A DNA stretch of 64,000 bases from Balanoglossus misakiensis (taxonomy: Eukaryota; Animalia; Hemichordata). Under the pieces are notes generated by a model. It ran no database searches and was not told the DNA's origin. It saw nothing but the letters and a program-made list of their open reading frames with translations. The translations under genes were made by a program, and so were the position numbers. This document shows positions 45,900 to 58,867 of this stretch, one piece after another. Each line of letters begins with the position of its first letter. The first letter of the stretch is position 1. The stretch lies in assembly GCA_040954595.2 (NCBI GenBank), contig CM082595.2:1924635-1988634 (forward strand). The letters are read 5' to 3'.

Positions 45900-48800
45900 A
45901 TGCCTCGTAAAATACCATTTGTTGTTGTCCATGCGAGTAGCAATGATGATGGTTACTCGTCGAAAGAGCTTGAAGTGCACAATCCACTTGTAAAAGGATG
46001 GCAATCAGGACGATTCTGCCTGTATCCACAAGAAATAGTGGTCAGATTAACAGAACGGGCCAGAATACGGAAACTACAGATACTTTCCCACCAGTTTCTT
46101 GTTGGTAAGTCTATCCACTGTCTGTTTTATGACTCTTGCAGATATAACCGATACCAAAGTAGAGTTAAGTCACATCCAACCTTGTGTCCATTTAGACTCA
46201 GTTACTGAATTGGCCAGAAGTTGTTACATATTTTACATCAGACAGATCATATCCCCCGTTTTTTATCTCACAGCAAGTAAAATTGAGTTCTTCATAGGAA
46301 ATCTTCCACCAGACCATATAACAACTCTTCATGGTACAAGATACAAACGTTTAGGGTAAGTAAGCAGAGACAGTGGGTGTACAAGCAATACTTGGTTTGA
46401 TACGTTGAATTATATAATGTTTGTAACAAGGTAGGAGACACTATATCTTATATGTGTTTCTTGGTATTTTTTTCTGTCAGATATGTGTCTTTGTCTGACA
46501 ATGAAAAAACTGGTTTTAAAGCACGTGAATTGAAGTCAGTACATGTGGATGCAGTGGGCCAGTACCTCAAGGTAGTCATTCACAAAAATCATGTCAATAA
46601 GTACAATCTTTTTAATCAGGTGAGTGTCACATGTTTCCGTTTTTTTTTCTTCCAAGATTGGCCTTTCACATTGACATTAAATCATGGAAGTTGAATGTTT
46701 CAATATTTTCATCTCTGTATGGGTCAGTCATTTGCATTGCTTTGTTCTTATGTCTCAGACTCTGCTGAAACAAACATCAACATTTATCTGTTTGTATTGT
46801 AGGTTGGAATTGTGGCTGTTAATGTTATTGGAGATGATGTGGAGGAGAAAGAAGGAAGACCGGTTGATCCCACTGATCCGGTATGATATATGCTCTGTAC
46901 CTCTGTCTGTCTGCATGTCTGTATCATACAGTGATACAGTAACTATCTTACAAGTGTAAGACTTTGATTGTGAAAGTGTATATAATAATCAATACAAAAT
47001 CATAAATTGTGATTAAGTCACTAACAACATTTGATTCTTTTCTAGTCCTTGCGTCACCTGCTGAATACTTACTTACCATCCGGAAAGTCTTTTCCTGATG
47101 ATCCGTCCGGCATTAATGACTTTCCTGATCCTGCAGTTTGGGGTGCACTCAACAGGTATGCTGGAACGTGAATGAATAAGAGTAGTTGCTATTTTTGGTG
47201 ACTAGATAGTAGTGACCGTGGTTATTCCAAAGTTATTTGTAAGCCTTCTTATCCTAGTTTGTGTTAACATTTTTCGTTCTTTCAGACCTGATTATATATC
47301 TCCCATGGATGACTTGGCATTTGACATGTACCAAGATCCGGAGGTGGCAGCCATAATCCGCAAACTGGATGTCAGAAAGAATGAAGCAGTACTACGTAAG
47401 TTTTTCAAACAAGTGTTGATATTATTCGCTATATGTGTATCAAGTGACGCATACCATCGAGACAATTGATTTGAGCAGTCATAGTGCAGGAAGCACACAA
47501 GGTGTGTTACAATTGACTTTATCGGTCACTTTTGGCTTCTTTCTTACAGAAGAGAAATATGACCTTGCAAAGAGGCTGAAACAAGCCATTGCTGATTTAC
47601 AAAAGGTTTGTGTTGTTTTATATAATATCATGGATGCTAGATCATTCATAGTATGGCAAATTTGGATAGTTTGACAACAGGTATGACTTTGGGTGTGTGC
47701 TTGTGTGCATACGTAAATCTAGATAAAATCACGAAAAGAAGATGAAGTTATTATTTTAACATTGCAGCGGTCTCTAACATCAGAAATGTGTTTTTTTTTC
47801 CCTGTTGAACAGGTCGGAGAAAGACTTGGACGATATGAGGTTGAAAAAAGAAGAGCTGTTGAAAATGAAGATTATGATCTTGCGAAGGTTAAAAAGATTC
47901 AGATGGATGAATATCGATTGCAAATTTACAAACAGTTGGAGGTCCATGATCTGCTTGACATGACAAGAGTAAGTAGAGATAATATTTGATGAGTGATAAT
48001 TTTATGTGAAATTTAGCTCCATCAGATCAGTGGTAGTGTTTGAATGTGGTACATTGATTTTTGCCAAGATCAGGCTTTCATATCCTGTCTCCAAATGAGT
48101 GTCTACACGTGTTCAAAACTTCCAGAAAAATTCCATTAAGAATAATCACCCTGCTTGTATTTCTTAACACTAAAGCAACTCTTTTGGCCGCCAAAAAATG
48201 TAAGTAATCATCGGTTGGAAGATTTTTGCCTGTGATGTCAGTGTTTGGGGAATTTATTGACTTTGATGTGAAGTGTCTTTCTATTTCTGAAATCTGTCCT
48301 CTGGATGTCTCTCTTTGTGAAAACTTGTGTTATCACTCACACTTTAAACAATAATCATAACATCTTTTAATTAATAATAACAGCAGTATCATGTGTTTGT
48401 CAGTGCATGTGGTTTTGGAATATTACATCCTTGATTTGAACTCTTGAGTTCTTCTGTCTATCAGTGACCAGCTTGTCTATGGTCTCACACTCATGATGTT
48501 CTCATGCACATGTTTGTGTATTGTTTCACTGCAAAGCATCAAATACTAACTAAGGGAAAACCCTATGGCTTTTGACAAAGTGGGTGTCATATACTGTTTA
48601 TTCTTTTGTCTTGAAGTCTGAGCGAGAGCGATTGAGGACTCCACCAAGAGAGAGATCACCATCACCAACATTACCAATCAAAGAGCCTACTCCAAGACCT
48701 CAAGTAGTACATCAGCCACAGGAACCAGAACCACCAAACAATGATGAACGACCATTGCCTGCTTTGAAAAAGTAAGTGGATTTAACCCTTTCGCCCCCTG

Positions 48801-51800
48801 TTCCCTCTTTAGAAGTCCAACCTTACTATAAAAAAACAATAGGTTTGGACTGAACCACTGTGGTGAAAGGGTATGTCTAATCAGGGAACCTGTCTATACT
48901 GAGCACCATTTCCTGTCCCTTTGCCATTGAACCGCATGTGAAAATAACCTCTATAAACCGGACACCTCTGTAAACTGAACAATGTATTCAGTCCCGTTGG
49001 TGTTTGGTTTAGAAAAGTTTTACTGTATAATGTTGGAATGCTATGTGATGATGAGTGTATTTCTACGTTTCAGTTCTCCAAGACGTGAACCATCACCAGA
49101 GACGGCAAGAACTGTACCAGAGGACAACACAGGAAGTGGTATTACAGGTGAACCTGAACCAATGACAGAGAAACAACTAAGAGAAGCAGGATCTGTTATT
49201 GATGTTTTTGGACTGCAGCTGGTATGTATGCATGCTACAGTGTTGGTTAATTTGCAAATGAAAATTCGTAAGAATTACCACACTCAATTTTCTTTGTTCA
49301 GATCTCAGTCTCATATTAATTAAATTTATTTGCAGGTTTCTGGTGCATACTCTAAGACGTGGTCATACAGAGAAGATGCTTTTGTTGCAATTCATAAACA
49401 AATGGAAAATGTTCCTACCGGTACTGATAAAGAAGAACTTCGAAGTATGCTACGAGCAGCTGTACATCTCACACAGAAAGGAACTCGGGACAAAGTGTTC
49501 GCTGTGAGTACTCTAGCTAAAACAGAATTGTTTCAAAATGTGTTGTAATCAAAACTTATCACATCAATAATGAGTAAATATCAGTAACTGTGACATGACA
49601 TTTTATTGTAATCATTCCAACAGGTCTTCAATGCCTCCAATAACTTATTGAGAATGGTTCTGAAGACCTGGATTCCAAAACATCGAATACCAAAACAGGA
49701 CACAGCATACGCAGTGGATAAAACCTTACCAGAGTTACTGGCAAGAACTGGAGATACAGTAAGTCACTTTGAAATAATCTGACATCAAAGATAACATTGT
49801 ACTTTGTACAGCTGTGTGTATCTTCAGTATCAATACACATCTACAGAGGGAACTGGGGGTGAAAGGATTAATTGATGAAGACGCTATCATTTGTTATTTT
49901 TGTAGGCACAAAGACCCAGAGATGCAGCCACCAATTTCATTGTTGAAATGTCAGAATTCAAAGAAGTACGACCACTTCACATTGTACCACACACCTGTGT
50001 ACAGCCATTCAAGCTAGCCATGTCAACTCGTCTTGCCGTCAGCAGAGTTGTGGTTGTGGAGAAACTATTGCATGATCTGGGTCTTGAGAAAAGCAGGTGA
50101 GTGATTCTTCCACAAGCTCTAATCTTAAGATCGTCGGTAAACTGTAAACAGATTCTTGTGTTTGTCACTGACAAACCGACAGACTTACACCTGAAACATC
50201 TCATCAGGGTAGTGATCTCACAGTCAGAGGGCTTTGTCAACAGTCCTCAATATCTACTGAAGTTGTACACGAGATTGGTGGTTTGTATTATTGATGGATT
50301 GATTTCTTCTTTTTTCCCGTAGTGGTTTAACTGTTGAAAACGTCATGAAGTTTTGTGTCAACTCTCTGGAGCATACAGCGGGCGAGGTGAGAGATGGTGC
50401 TGTTCGTATCATCTTGGATCTCTACCGTATGAAAGGAGATGAAGTCCGAGACTACCTTCCCCCAGACGAACCATCCACTCGTAAGAATACTCTTTACAAG
50501 CATATCTTCCAGGAGTTTGATCGAATTGATGGAAAACCATCTGAAGCAGAACTAAAGGTAAGTTTACATGAACCTGTCTTCTTTATTTTTAAGTAAAGCT
50601 CTATGAATCCACGCATTCACAAAAAGAAATAACAATTTCAACTTATAAGCACTATGTGTCTTTGTCGATAACTTTCTCAGTCACATACATGGCAGTATAG
50701 ATTGATATATTTCTGTTTCATGTTTTGCAGAGACAACAGAAAGAAGCGCAGAAAAATGATCAGGATAAGAAGAAAGCTCAGATTGATGCGTTACAAGCTG
50801 AACTACAACAGCTGAAAGATCTAGCATCTCAACAACAACCATCAACATTGCAACCCAAACGAGATGCCGATGACAGTGAATCGAAAAGTGGTGATATTAA
50901 TATCCATATCAATGTTGTCTCTGGCAAAGGTATGATGAAGATTTATTGATATTACCCAATCTTATCATTAAGCTTGACACTCTGAAATGATGACTAAAAA
51001 TTATTGGAATGACGAAATCCTAATTGTCTTTCTCTGGATTGTTTTGCGTAGATGGAGCCAGCAGTCCAACAAGAAATGCTCGTCAACTCAGCAAAGTCAA
51101 ATCAACGAAAGCATCAAGTATAGCTGATGCTTCCGAGTATGGAGAAGACATCGATAAGATGTGTATATTCTGTAATGAAAAGAATGATGATTTCACTGAA
51201 GAAGGTTTAGATCTTCATTACTGGAAACACTGTCCAATGTTAAAGAGATGTAATAATTGTAAACAGGTAAGTACTGGTGTCTTACAACAGTGATTTGCTG
51301 GTGTTCTTTTCCTTGAATTTCTTACACCGCTAACAATAAATAATGGTTTTGTATGTGAATCTGTATCCACAGGTGGTGGAAATTGCAGGTTTTACAGAAC
51401 ATCTTCTAACAGAGTGTGACAAGAAAAATCAATTTGGGAAATGTCCACGCTGTAATGAGGCCATTGAAAAGCCCAATCTTGATAAACATGTGCAAGACAA
51501 GGCTTGTGCAGGTAAGATTTCTAACCAAACAGGAGTACAGAATTTACAACCTTTACAAACCATAATAATCTTATTTGAATCAATGTAGCGTTGAACCAGT
51601 ATCTGCATGTTTGTAACAAGCATGCTAAGCTAAACATATCTTTCCATTAGTCAAAGTGAACAGTGGAAATCCCACTAAGTCTGATATGCTTCATATTGTT
51701 TTCTCTTCACACTGCAGTGGCTAAATCCAAAGATGTAGCCAACAGATGTCCACTCTGTCATTTGAATATTGCACCGGGAGAGGAGGGTTGGAAAAAGCAT

Positions 51801-52137
51801 CTGATGGGAAGAGATGGATGCAAAAATAATCCCAGACGTGAACCTGCTTTGAAGAGAGGTATGTCCTTAATGATTCCAGTGACCAGGTTCTTGTTTGTTT
51901 GTTGTTGTTGTTTTTTTTGGGGGGGAGGATTGGTAAAATCAATGGAATGTGCGTGTTGATTACTGTTGTGTATTCTTATACTAGAAATGATGATATATGA
52001 CTGAATGTTTTTTCTCCGTCCTTTTTCTTTCAATTTCCATAGCCAATGATACCAAAGGGAGACAAGGAGCAGGACGCGGGAAAGCTGTCGGCAGAGCAGG
52101 AAAAGGAAGACCTACCGGCAAAACTCCAAGGAAGTAA
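45900..52137 (+). CDS. CEP104: Centrosomal protein of 104 kDa
   Basis: MPRKIPFVVV...GWQSGRFCLYPQEIV, ARELKSVHVDAVGQYLK (jelly-roll), coiled coil, TOG-like YSKTWSYRED, C-terminal zinc fingers (CIFC...HYWKHCPML, HLLTEC, RCPLCH...WKKHL); ends KTPRK*. Confidence 0.96.
48782..49027. mobile_element. MITE family 1 copy (48782-48875) abutting a truncated family 2-like element
   Basis: TTAACCCTTTCGCC...GGTGAAAGGG followed by AACCTGTCTATA / AACCTCTATAAA / CACCTCTGTAAA subrepeats ending in AGTTTTACTG-TA. Confidence 0.7.
49841..49871. mobile_element. Half copy of MITE family 1
   Basis: CTACAGAGGGAACTGGGGGTGAAAGGATTAA, right end only. Confidence 0.75.
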
Positions 52138-54544
52138 AAAGGGTAGATCAAATGGTATAGTCATAAGTAAATATCTTGGAAGCTCACAGTATTTACTTTG
52201 TTAATCATTTAAAGAATTGCACCATAAGTTAAATAACCCAAACAGGAATCTTGTTTCATTTCAAGGTTTCATTTCTTGTATGGCTTCCATATTTGAGAAA
52301 ACTTTTCTTTTATTACAGAAGGTTTCACAGTTGCTTAAGATATAGAATGAAACATAGAATATATAATTACATCTTTTATTTCGAGTATAATAATTTTTTT
52401 TTGTCAAACGTATCTTTTGCCAGTGATTCATGCAAACTGGTGTAAGAGAGAATTACCTTCGGAGCTTTACAGCATGTGTATATTTCATTTCAAATTATCC
52501 CACAATAACATAGTGTACATAAGGTCACAATATAGTGTACATAATTCTACATAATGATGCATCATCTCAAATTGGCTTCCTTGAGAAATAGGTTTTATAT
52601 TCATTGTAAATATTTATGGTAATCTGTACATGAGGTATTAATTATCTCATACATAACATTTTTCTACATATATTCTGTATCTTAAAAGTACTAGTAACAT
52701 CTTTTTTTTTCAGTTTAAAGTTATGAAACTTTTGACTATTGTTTCAACTTCCTGTGGTATATATGCTCATGTATTGAAGATACCTTCACATATGCTAGAA
52801 TGGACAAGTGCTTTACTTTGAATGAGGATTTCTGACACAATGATTTGATGGTCCATGTCAGTACACTCGTCTTTGTGTTCTACACGTGGCAAAACTAAAA
52901 ACAGTTTACGCAGTTTTAGTAGACTAGAACTCCAGTTATCACACTTGTGGTGTTCTCTGTACAAATCTGTGTGGTTCAGTTATATGATGTTGACTACAAA
53001 GTTGACGATGTCATTGCTAGGTGTTGACTCAAGAAAAGATTTAGCTTCATCAGGTATTTGAACATAATTACATTAGGGCATACATATTTATGTAGTTTTT
53101 ACTTTATCCTAACTAATTTTTATTTGTTTATGAACAGTGTACAGCATATTTTATTATTTTTAACATAATTTAGTTATGAATAAAGCTTTAGCATTCATCT
53201 ATGGCTGAAGTAGTGATGTGTTGTCATGTATCAATGAACAACTCACATAATGTTTTAAGATTTTCTACTACATACATACACATCTTTCAATCAATTAGCC
53301 AGACAGCCCCCCCCCCCACCAACCCCCACCCCCTGACCAAATTGGCCAATTCACTTGTGTTTAATGCAATGATGAAGTTTGGTCAAGCAAAGCCATCTAG
53401 CAATAGCTGTGAGGCTATCATCTTGACCAGATCATTAAACTAAGCATTTGCATGATAGTGACCACATGATCTATGCGTGTGTAGGCCTATCCAGGTGTTT
53501 TATTTTCAACACCTTTCTAATGTCTCACGCTCCCAGCGAAACGAGACAATCTGAACTGTCCATATTGACAGAAGAGGAAGGACGAACAAACACACGATAT
53601 CGATCGATGAACCAGCGTAACGCACTAAATAATTCATGTGACGTAAGACTGTTTCACGCAATTGAAATAGTGGACGACCTCATCACGAAGTTCAGGTCTC
53701 ACCGTCTGGAAACTTTTACATTTTCGGCTTCTCTCGTCTTGGTGAGTACTTGAATTTAATAAGTATAACAAGGTTTCTTTTCGATAAAAAAAGTTAAAAT
53801 ATACCCGAAGACAATATTATCACCAACTTGTAAATGGGGTCCGAATCAAATGTACAAACTTGTCTGTAATTGCTTTGGTACGTCCATGCACTAACCGAGG
53901 CAAAACACGCTTATAAAAAATCTTTTCGACCTCAATATTAAATCATAACTGGCAATTGATTTAACCGTAACCGTGCCAACAGTTAAACCGTCTCTCCATT
54001 ATGTGATCCTGTTATTTTGACATTTTATTTGACAACACAACGGGTTACCGTGGCTAATAAGACAATACCCTAATTGTTAGCTAGTATTCTAAGCGATATT
54101 GTGGGTGTGTGAAAATCATTGCGGTCAAAATGTGTATTTGTTTTCCTATTATAACTTCCAAAAGTCACGACATTCGCAAATAAGGTTTAAAGAATGACTA
54201 AAGTGGTGAAAGTATTCGTTCAAAATCCTTTCGGAAAGAGTAGTCTGGTTGCAGTAGCCCTCGTTAAGTTACGCAACAGTGTTTAGATTGCAGTCGGGCC
54301 TTTGTGAAAAGTGAAAGGTAGATTAAGCCAGGTCACGTGACTTCCATGGGAACAGGTAAATCAACTGTATGCAATCATGGCGAGTGTCCGAGGCGGATGT
54401 GAAATTTGCAAAGTTTGCAAAAGTCTAGAAAGTCAAGATCTCTAAAGGGAAAGTCTTGGCGCAGAGTTCGGAATTAAATGGTATACATTATTTATGAAAC
54501 AGAGATTTTATTTTCCCACTTTTCCTTTCCAGGACTGAAGTAAA

Positions 54545-55150
54545 ATGAATGTTAAAGACGCAATAACTATCTGTGTCCCTGTCCTATTGATGACAATTCT
54601 TCGATTAAACACCGTTGATGCGGGAATCGAAGTCGTTAGCTTTACTGAGACAACGGTAACCGTCAATTGGACAATACCAAACGACGTGGATTCGGCAAAT
54701 ATTTCCAGTTACACTATAAGTTACGATACGAAGACCATTTCGGTGAGCGATGCTACGTCATACCAAATAACAGGCTTGTCGTCGGGAACTGGGTACACAA
54801 TCTGCTACGTCATCGTTCTGAGTGATGGTTCGACTGACACCCCCTCCAGTAACTGCGTCATCACCTACACAACCTATGATGCATTCAATAGCTTCGCCGT
54901 CGCGGCCATTGTGATTGCCTCCATCATTGTGTTCATCCTCCTTGTTGCCAAGGGCTTGGAAATTATCTTGAATCCCGAGGAAAAGATGAAGAAAAGGGCA
55001 AAAGAGTTGTTGGAAGAGAAGAAAGTGCATGGACACAAAGTGAGTCCAGGTGTTAATGGGTTAGAAGACGCGAAAGGAAATGTGGATGAAAAACCAGACC
55101 AGAACCAACAAGCAGAAATACCACTGCCAGACCAAATATATGGGAATTAA
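54545..55150 (+). CDS. Single-pass type I membrane protein with one fibronectin type III domain
   Basis: Signal peptide, FN3 pattern (TTVTVNW, YTISY, SYQITGLSSGTGYTICY), TM segment AVAAIVIASIIVFILLVA, tail ending DQIYGN*; acceptor AG just before the ATG. Confidence 0.88.
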   Translation: MNVKDAITICVPVLLMTILRLNTVDAGIEVVSFTETTVTVNWTIPNDVDSANISSYTISYDTKTISVSDATSYQITGLSSGTGYTICYVIVLSDGSTDTPSSNCVITYTTYDAFNSFAVAAIVIASIIVFILLVAKGLEIILNPEEKMKKRAKELLEEKKVHGHKVSPGVNGLEDAKGNVDEKPDQNQQAEIPLPDQIYGN

Positions 55151-55525
55151 ATGCATAACATATTTATTGGCAGAGCGGTGACTGGTATAACACTGGTATC
55201 CCAGGTTGCCAACTCTTTTTACCTTTTATGTCTTTCCTGACAAAACTGTCTGCATAATTCATCAACAACATGATACTTTTAATTTTTAACGGCGTTTTAC
55301 AATACTTTATATGTCTAATGACAATTGGAGAGTACATAGAAGAATTGGCTTTTTTGTATTGGTCAAAGTTGACGGTGTGTCCAGTGAAGTGCCCGAAAAA
55401 GGGTGATAAAATGAAGAGGCATGTATACATAACATTAACAGATCAAACCAAATTTTAATACTCGCTTGAAGAAAGTGTGATGTTTTCGGTGATTGTGAAA
55501 TGTATATTTACAACACTCAAGAATC

Positions 55526-58068
55526 CTACAATAATACAATAAGTGTGGTAGCCATCAAAGCGTACAATAACTTTGAGTTTTGAACAGTTGAACCGCAGTC
55601 TCCCACAGGGGGTGGTGGATCATGCATCAACTCGCCCCGTTTGAAGATGTGCATTGGTATGGCGGGTACGTATGGTACCATGAGCTCATCAATGACGTCA
55701 CCGTCTGAAGATCTGAAATAAGCAACAAGTGGGACTGGACCTGTGTAGGTTTCCAGAAACCAAGCCATTGGTCCTACCATTGTGATAACAAACACGTCAT
55801 CTTCGGCTGTTGGTATCAACTCTCCGATTCCGTATTCTCCATATCGGTAACGCAGGTTTTCTGAGCCACTTTCATGTGAAATAGTGCTATTACCCAACGC
55901 CTTGTGACCATATGTGCCGACATAGTCTTCAAGAGGACGCGTACGTGTGTTTTGAATTTTACCATTAACGTTTTCTCGCAGCGATATTCTTGTCATTTGA
56001 TTGGCTGGCGCGTCGACATCTGCTGTCATTTCATTGGCTGGCGCGTCAACATCTGCATCAGCTGATCCTGAGCTCGGTTGCCATGGTTCCGGGAACGTGC
56101 ACGCTGTAGTGGTGTTAAGCCATGGCTCCTCTCCAAGCAACAGATCACTAGCAAAGTCTTCGATTCTCTTCATTGCCTCGTGGTCTTCACCGTTGTAAGG
56201 ACCATTGACAGCTAAGAAGACGCCGACGTTCGCCTCTGGGTAAACATTCAGACGAGAACCGAAGGCTGGATACGAACCAGCATGACAGACCTTCAGATAC
56301 CCTGTACGTGGATACAAAAGGATTCTGACATCATTTCGCATTATATTTAATAGGTCTATACATTTGAAGTTGTTTCCATATTTGGGATTGTATCTCAATA
56401 TCATTAATAGTTGTCAAATCGTCCTCTGTCTTAATTAAGATTCGTGCTTTCCAACCAATGTTTCTGAAATTTGTATGGGAATGATAATCGTCTAAAGGAT
56501 AGATTTTTGCTGTTAATAACCAGCTATGCATACTAGTATGTCAGACCACTGTAAATATGGTTATCCCAGGGCATCATATCATACCTCTATACATATTGTT
56601 ATCCCAGCCCAAGGCATAACTAAACGAAGACTCGTCTACTGGATACGTTGGCCTTGCTTGGATGAAAGGCGAGTGTTTGGCAGTTTGTGGAAGAATGGTC
56701 TCGATGAGGTTAACGCCATCAACCAACTGTTCGCCTTCTTCGTTCTTTCCTCCACTCAGTACGAAGTTCATGTACCGAGCCATATCTACTGCGTTGGATA
56801 TCAACCCTCCAGCTGCGACTCCAACATGATTGGCCCTGAAGCACACATCAAATGAACGTGCGTTATAGGAGTGGAACAGACAGGTGCTATTCATAGCAAG
56901 TTATTCGGGGATGTTTTAGACCAAGATTAGAAAAAAATATCTAAGATATTAGTCACAATTCCACGAATTGAGGGTATAATTTCGCACAAAGCATAAAAGT
57001 AACAGTCTGTTTTGTACTTACACGTAAGTTGACTTGTTATAATGATGCCAGTATTGGTCGGGCATCCATATATACGACTCGGAAAAGTTTTCGTTGCTCC
57101 AATCCAAGTGCAAAAATCCAGACGACGTCATACCGAGTGGATCATAGATTCTCGTTTGTATTAGATTCTCAAAAGTGTCCTCTTCGAGTTTTTCGGCGAT
57201 ATCACCTGCCACAGCAAACATTGTATTCAGATAGGCGTACTTGCTCCTGAATGGGCACAGCTCGGCCAGGTATTGGCGATGACTGTCGGAAGCAATGAAA
57301 ATAGTGATATCCAAAAGATGTGTTTTGAAATAGAAAGTAGAGGGTCGTAATGGCACAGAATTTATCCCTTTACCATCTTAATTTACAGCCCAGATTTGCA
57401 AGATTTGTGATTGCATTTTATAAAATTTTATGGACTATATGCAATATGGTCATTTTCTTCAAGGTAGATAGATGTACAGCTGTTTTTAAACCCTTTCTAT
57501 AATCAACCTTTTAGTGTCATTTCCATTTGTAACACTATAGCATTGACATTGCTTACCTGACATAATCTGATCTGTCAGCCTTCACGAAACCACCCAGCAT
57601 TAAATATAGGATATCATCGCTCATGCAAACTCTATGGGACAAGAGGTCGTATATAGTAGTTTGTGTGTCACGATAATTGTCCCCGTTGGCAACCGTGAAG
57701 TCTGGGATGTAATCTTTGCAAGGGGTTGACCATGTGACGTCTTCGTGTTCACTTAATATCATCGCCAGTAGAGTTGCAGTGAATGATTTGGAACACGATG
57801 CTAGGTCGAAAAGTGTGTTTTCAGTCACAGGTGTGCCTTTCTCCATGTCGCTAACACCGTACCCCTTTGCCAAAACAGTCTGACCATCTTTCACCATTGA
57901 TAACGTCAGGCCAGGTATGTTTTTACAGGCCATGGTTGCATTGACGAAGTCATCCAAAGCTTGTAACTCCTCCGATGTCAGAGCATGGCATCCCAAGAGG
58001 TGAAGGAGAAAGAATAATATTGCAAAGGTAGACTTCTTGCTGAAGAATTTGCGAAACATTGCGGACAT
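55526..58068 (-). CDS. Secreted beta-lactamase/transpeptidase-fold serine hydrolase (class C/peptidase S12-like), 4 exons, probable GPI anchor
   Basis: Signal peptide; FDLASCSKSF (SxxK), LLSH, YAYLN (YxN), HAG triad; DUF3471-like YVGTYGHKALG; hydrophobic C-terminus. Exons approx. 58068-57557, 57282-57022, 56835-56585, 56301-55526 splice in frame. Confidence 0.92.
55991..56056. repeat. 33-bp in-frame tandem duplication (ADVDAPANEMT / ADVDAPANQMT)
   Basis: TGTCATTTSATTGGCTGGCGCGTCRACATCTGC twice, 2 mismatches. Confidence 0.95.
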
Positions 58069-58807
58069 GAGATTTAGCCCTACTTCTGCCTATACAGATT
58101 GTGCTAACTGCAATCACATTTTGACCCTATTTATCGTGTTTATCTTTAACAGAATCAACACTGACTCACCATCACGCAGAATCTGTATCATGACCCTAAA
58201 ACTTGTTATCAAACTAAATATTCTCCACCCTAATAACTAGGTCTACTTTGTAAACTTTCCATCTAGGGCCTACATGTAGTTTACTATGTCCTTTTAAATC
58301 GTCTTTAATGAGACAGTATTCAGGACAATTCAAGTCGGAGTGTTAACAACACACTAATTTAGAACACTGATCATTGTTCTCATAAATTAGCAATCTGGTA
58401 AAAGAATTTACGCCCCGCATAAGTTGAAATACAAGCTACTCGAATTACGCAGAGCGCCCTCGTGTGACGAAATGAAGCCATGCAAGTACATTTATACTCG
58501 CATATCACTCCGTAGTCGCATTGTCGATCGTCAAATCTCATCTGGTAACATATATTTTGAACCTCTGGTACTTCGTGATAAGATAGGTGTAGGCCTACGA
58601 TGTTACTTTGATATTTAAAATATAAAGATTGGCCATCAGCGGCTGATATAACAAAGAAAACGTAATTATTGGAAAACTCGTTTCATAGGGTCGTGAAATT
58701 GGCTTTTGTGGTCATATGCAGTTACAGTGCAATCTCAGTAGTAGGACCGAGTAGATCGCAATGAAGATCAACACCACTGTACGTCTGAACTTGAGGGTGA
58801 CTAGAGT

Positions 58808-58867
58808 TAGCCTGGTCTCTATATATCTAAAAAAAAACCACATTGGTATGGTATGGAGACCAGGCTA
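58808..58867. mobile_element. 60-bp MITE with 12-bp TIRs and a perfect 9-bp target-site duplication
   Basis: GACTAGAGT [TAGCCTGGTCTC ... GAGACCAGGCTA] GACTAGAGT. Confidence 0.88.

Noticed and set aside
50891-50929. Alternative in-frame donor in CEP104 (GTGATA vs GTATGA, 39 nt apart)
   Set aside because: The upstream donor is weak and cannot be supported without transcripts.
55526-58068. Bacterial contamination or a resistance gene
   Set aside because: Three spliceosomal introns, eukaryotic targeting signals and animal flanking genes.
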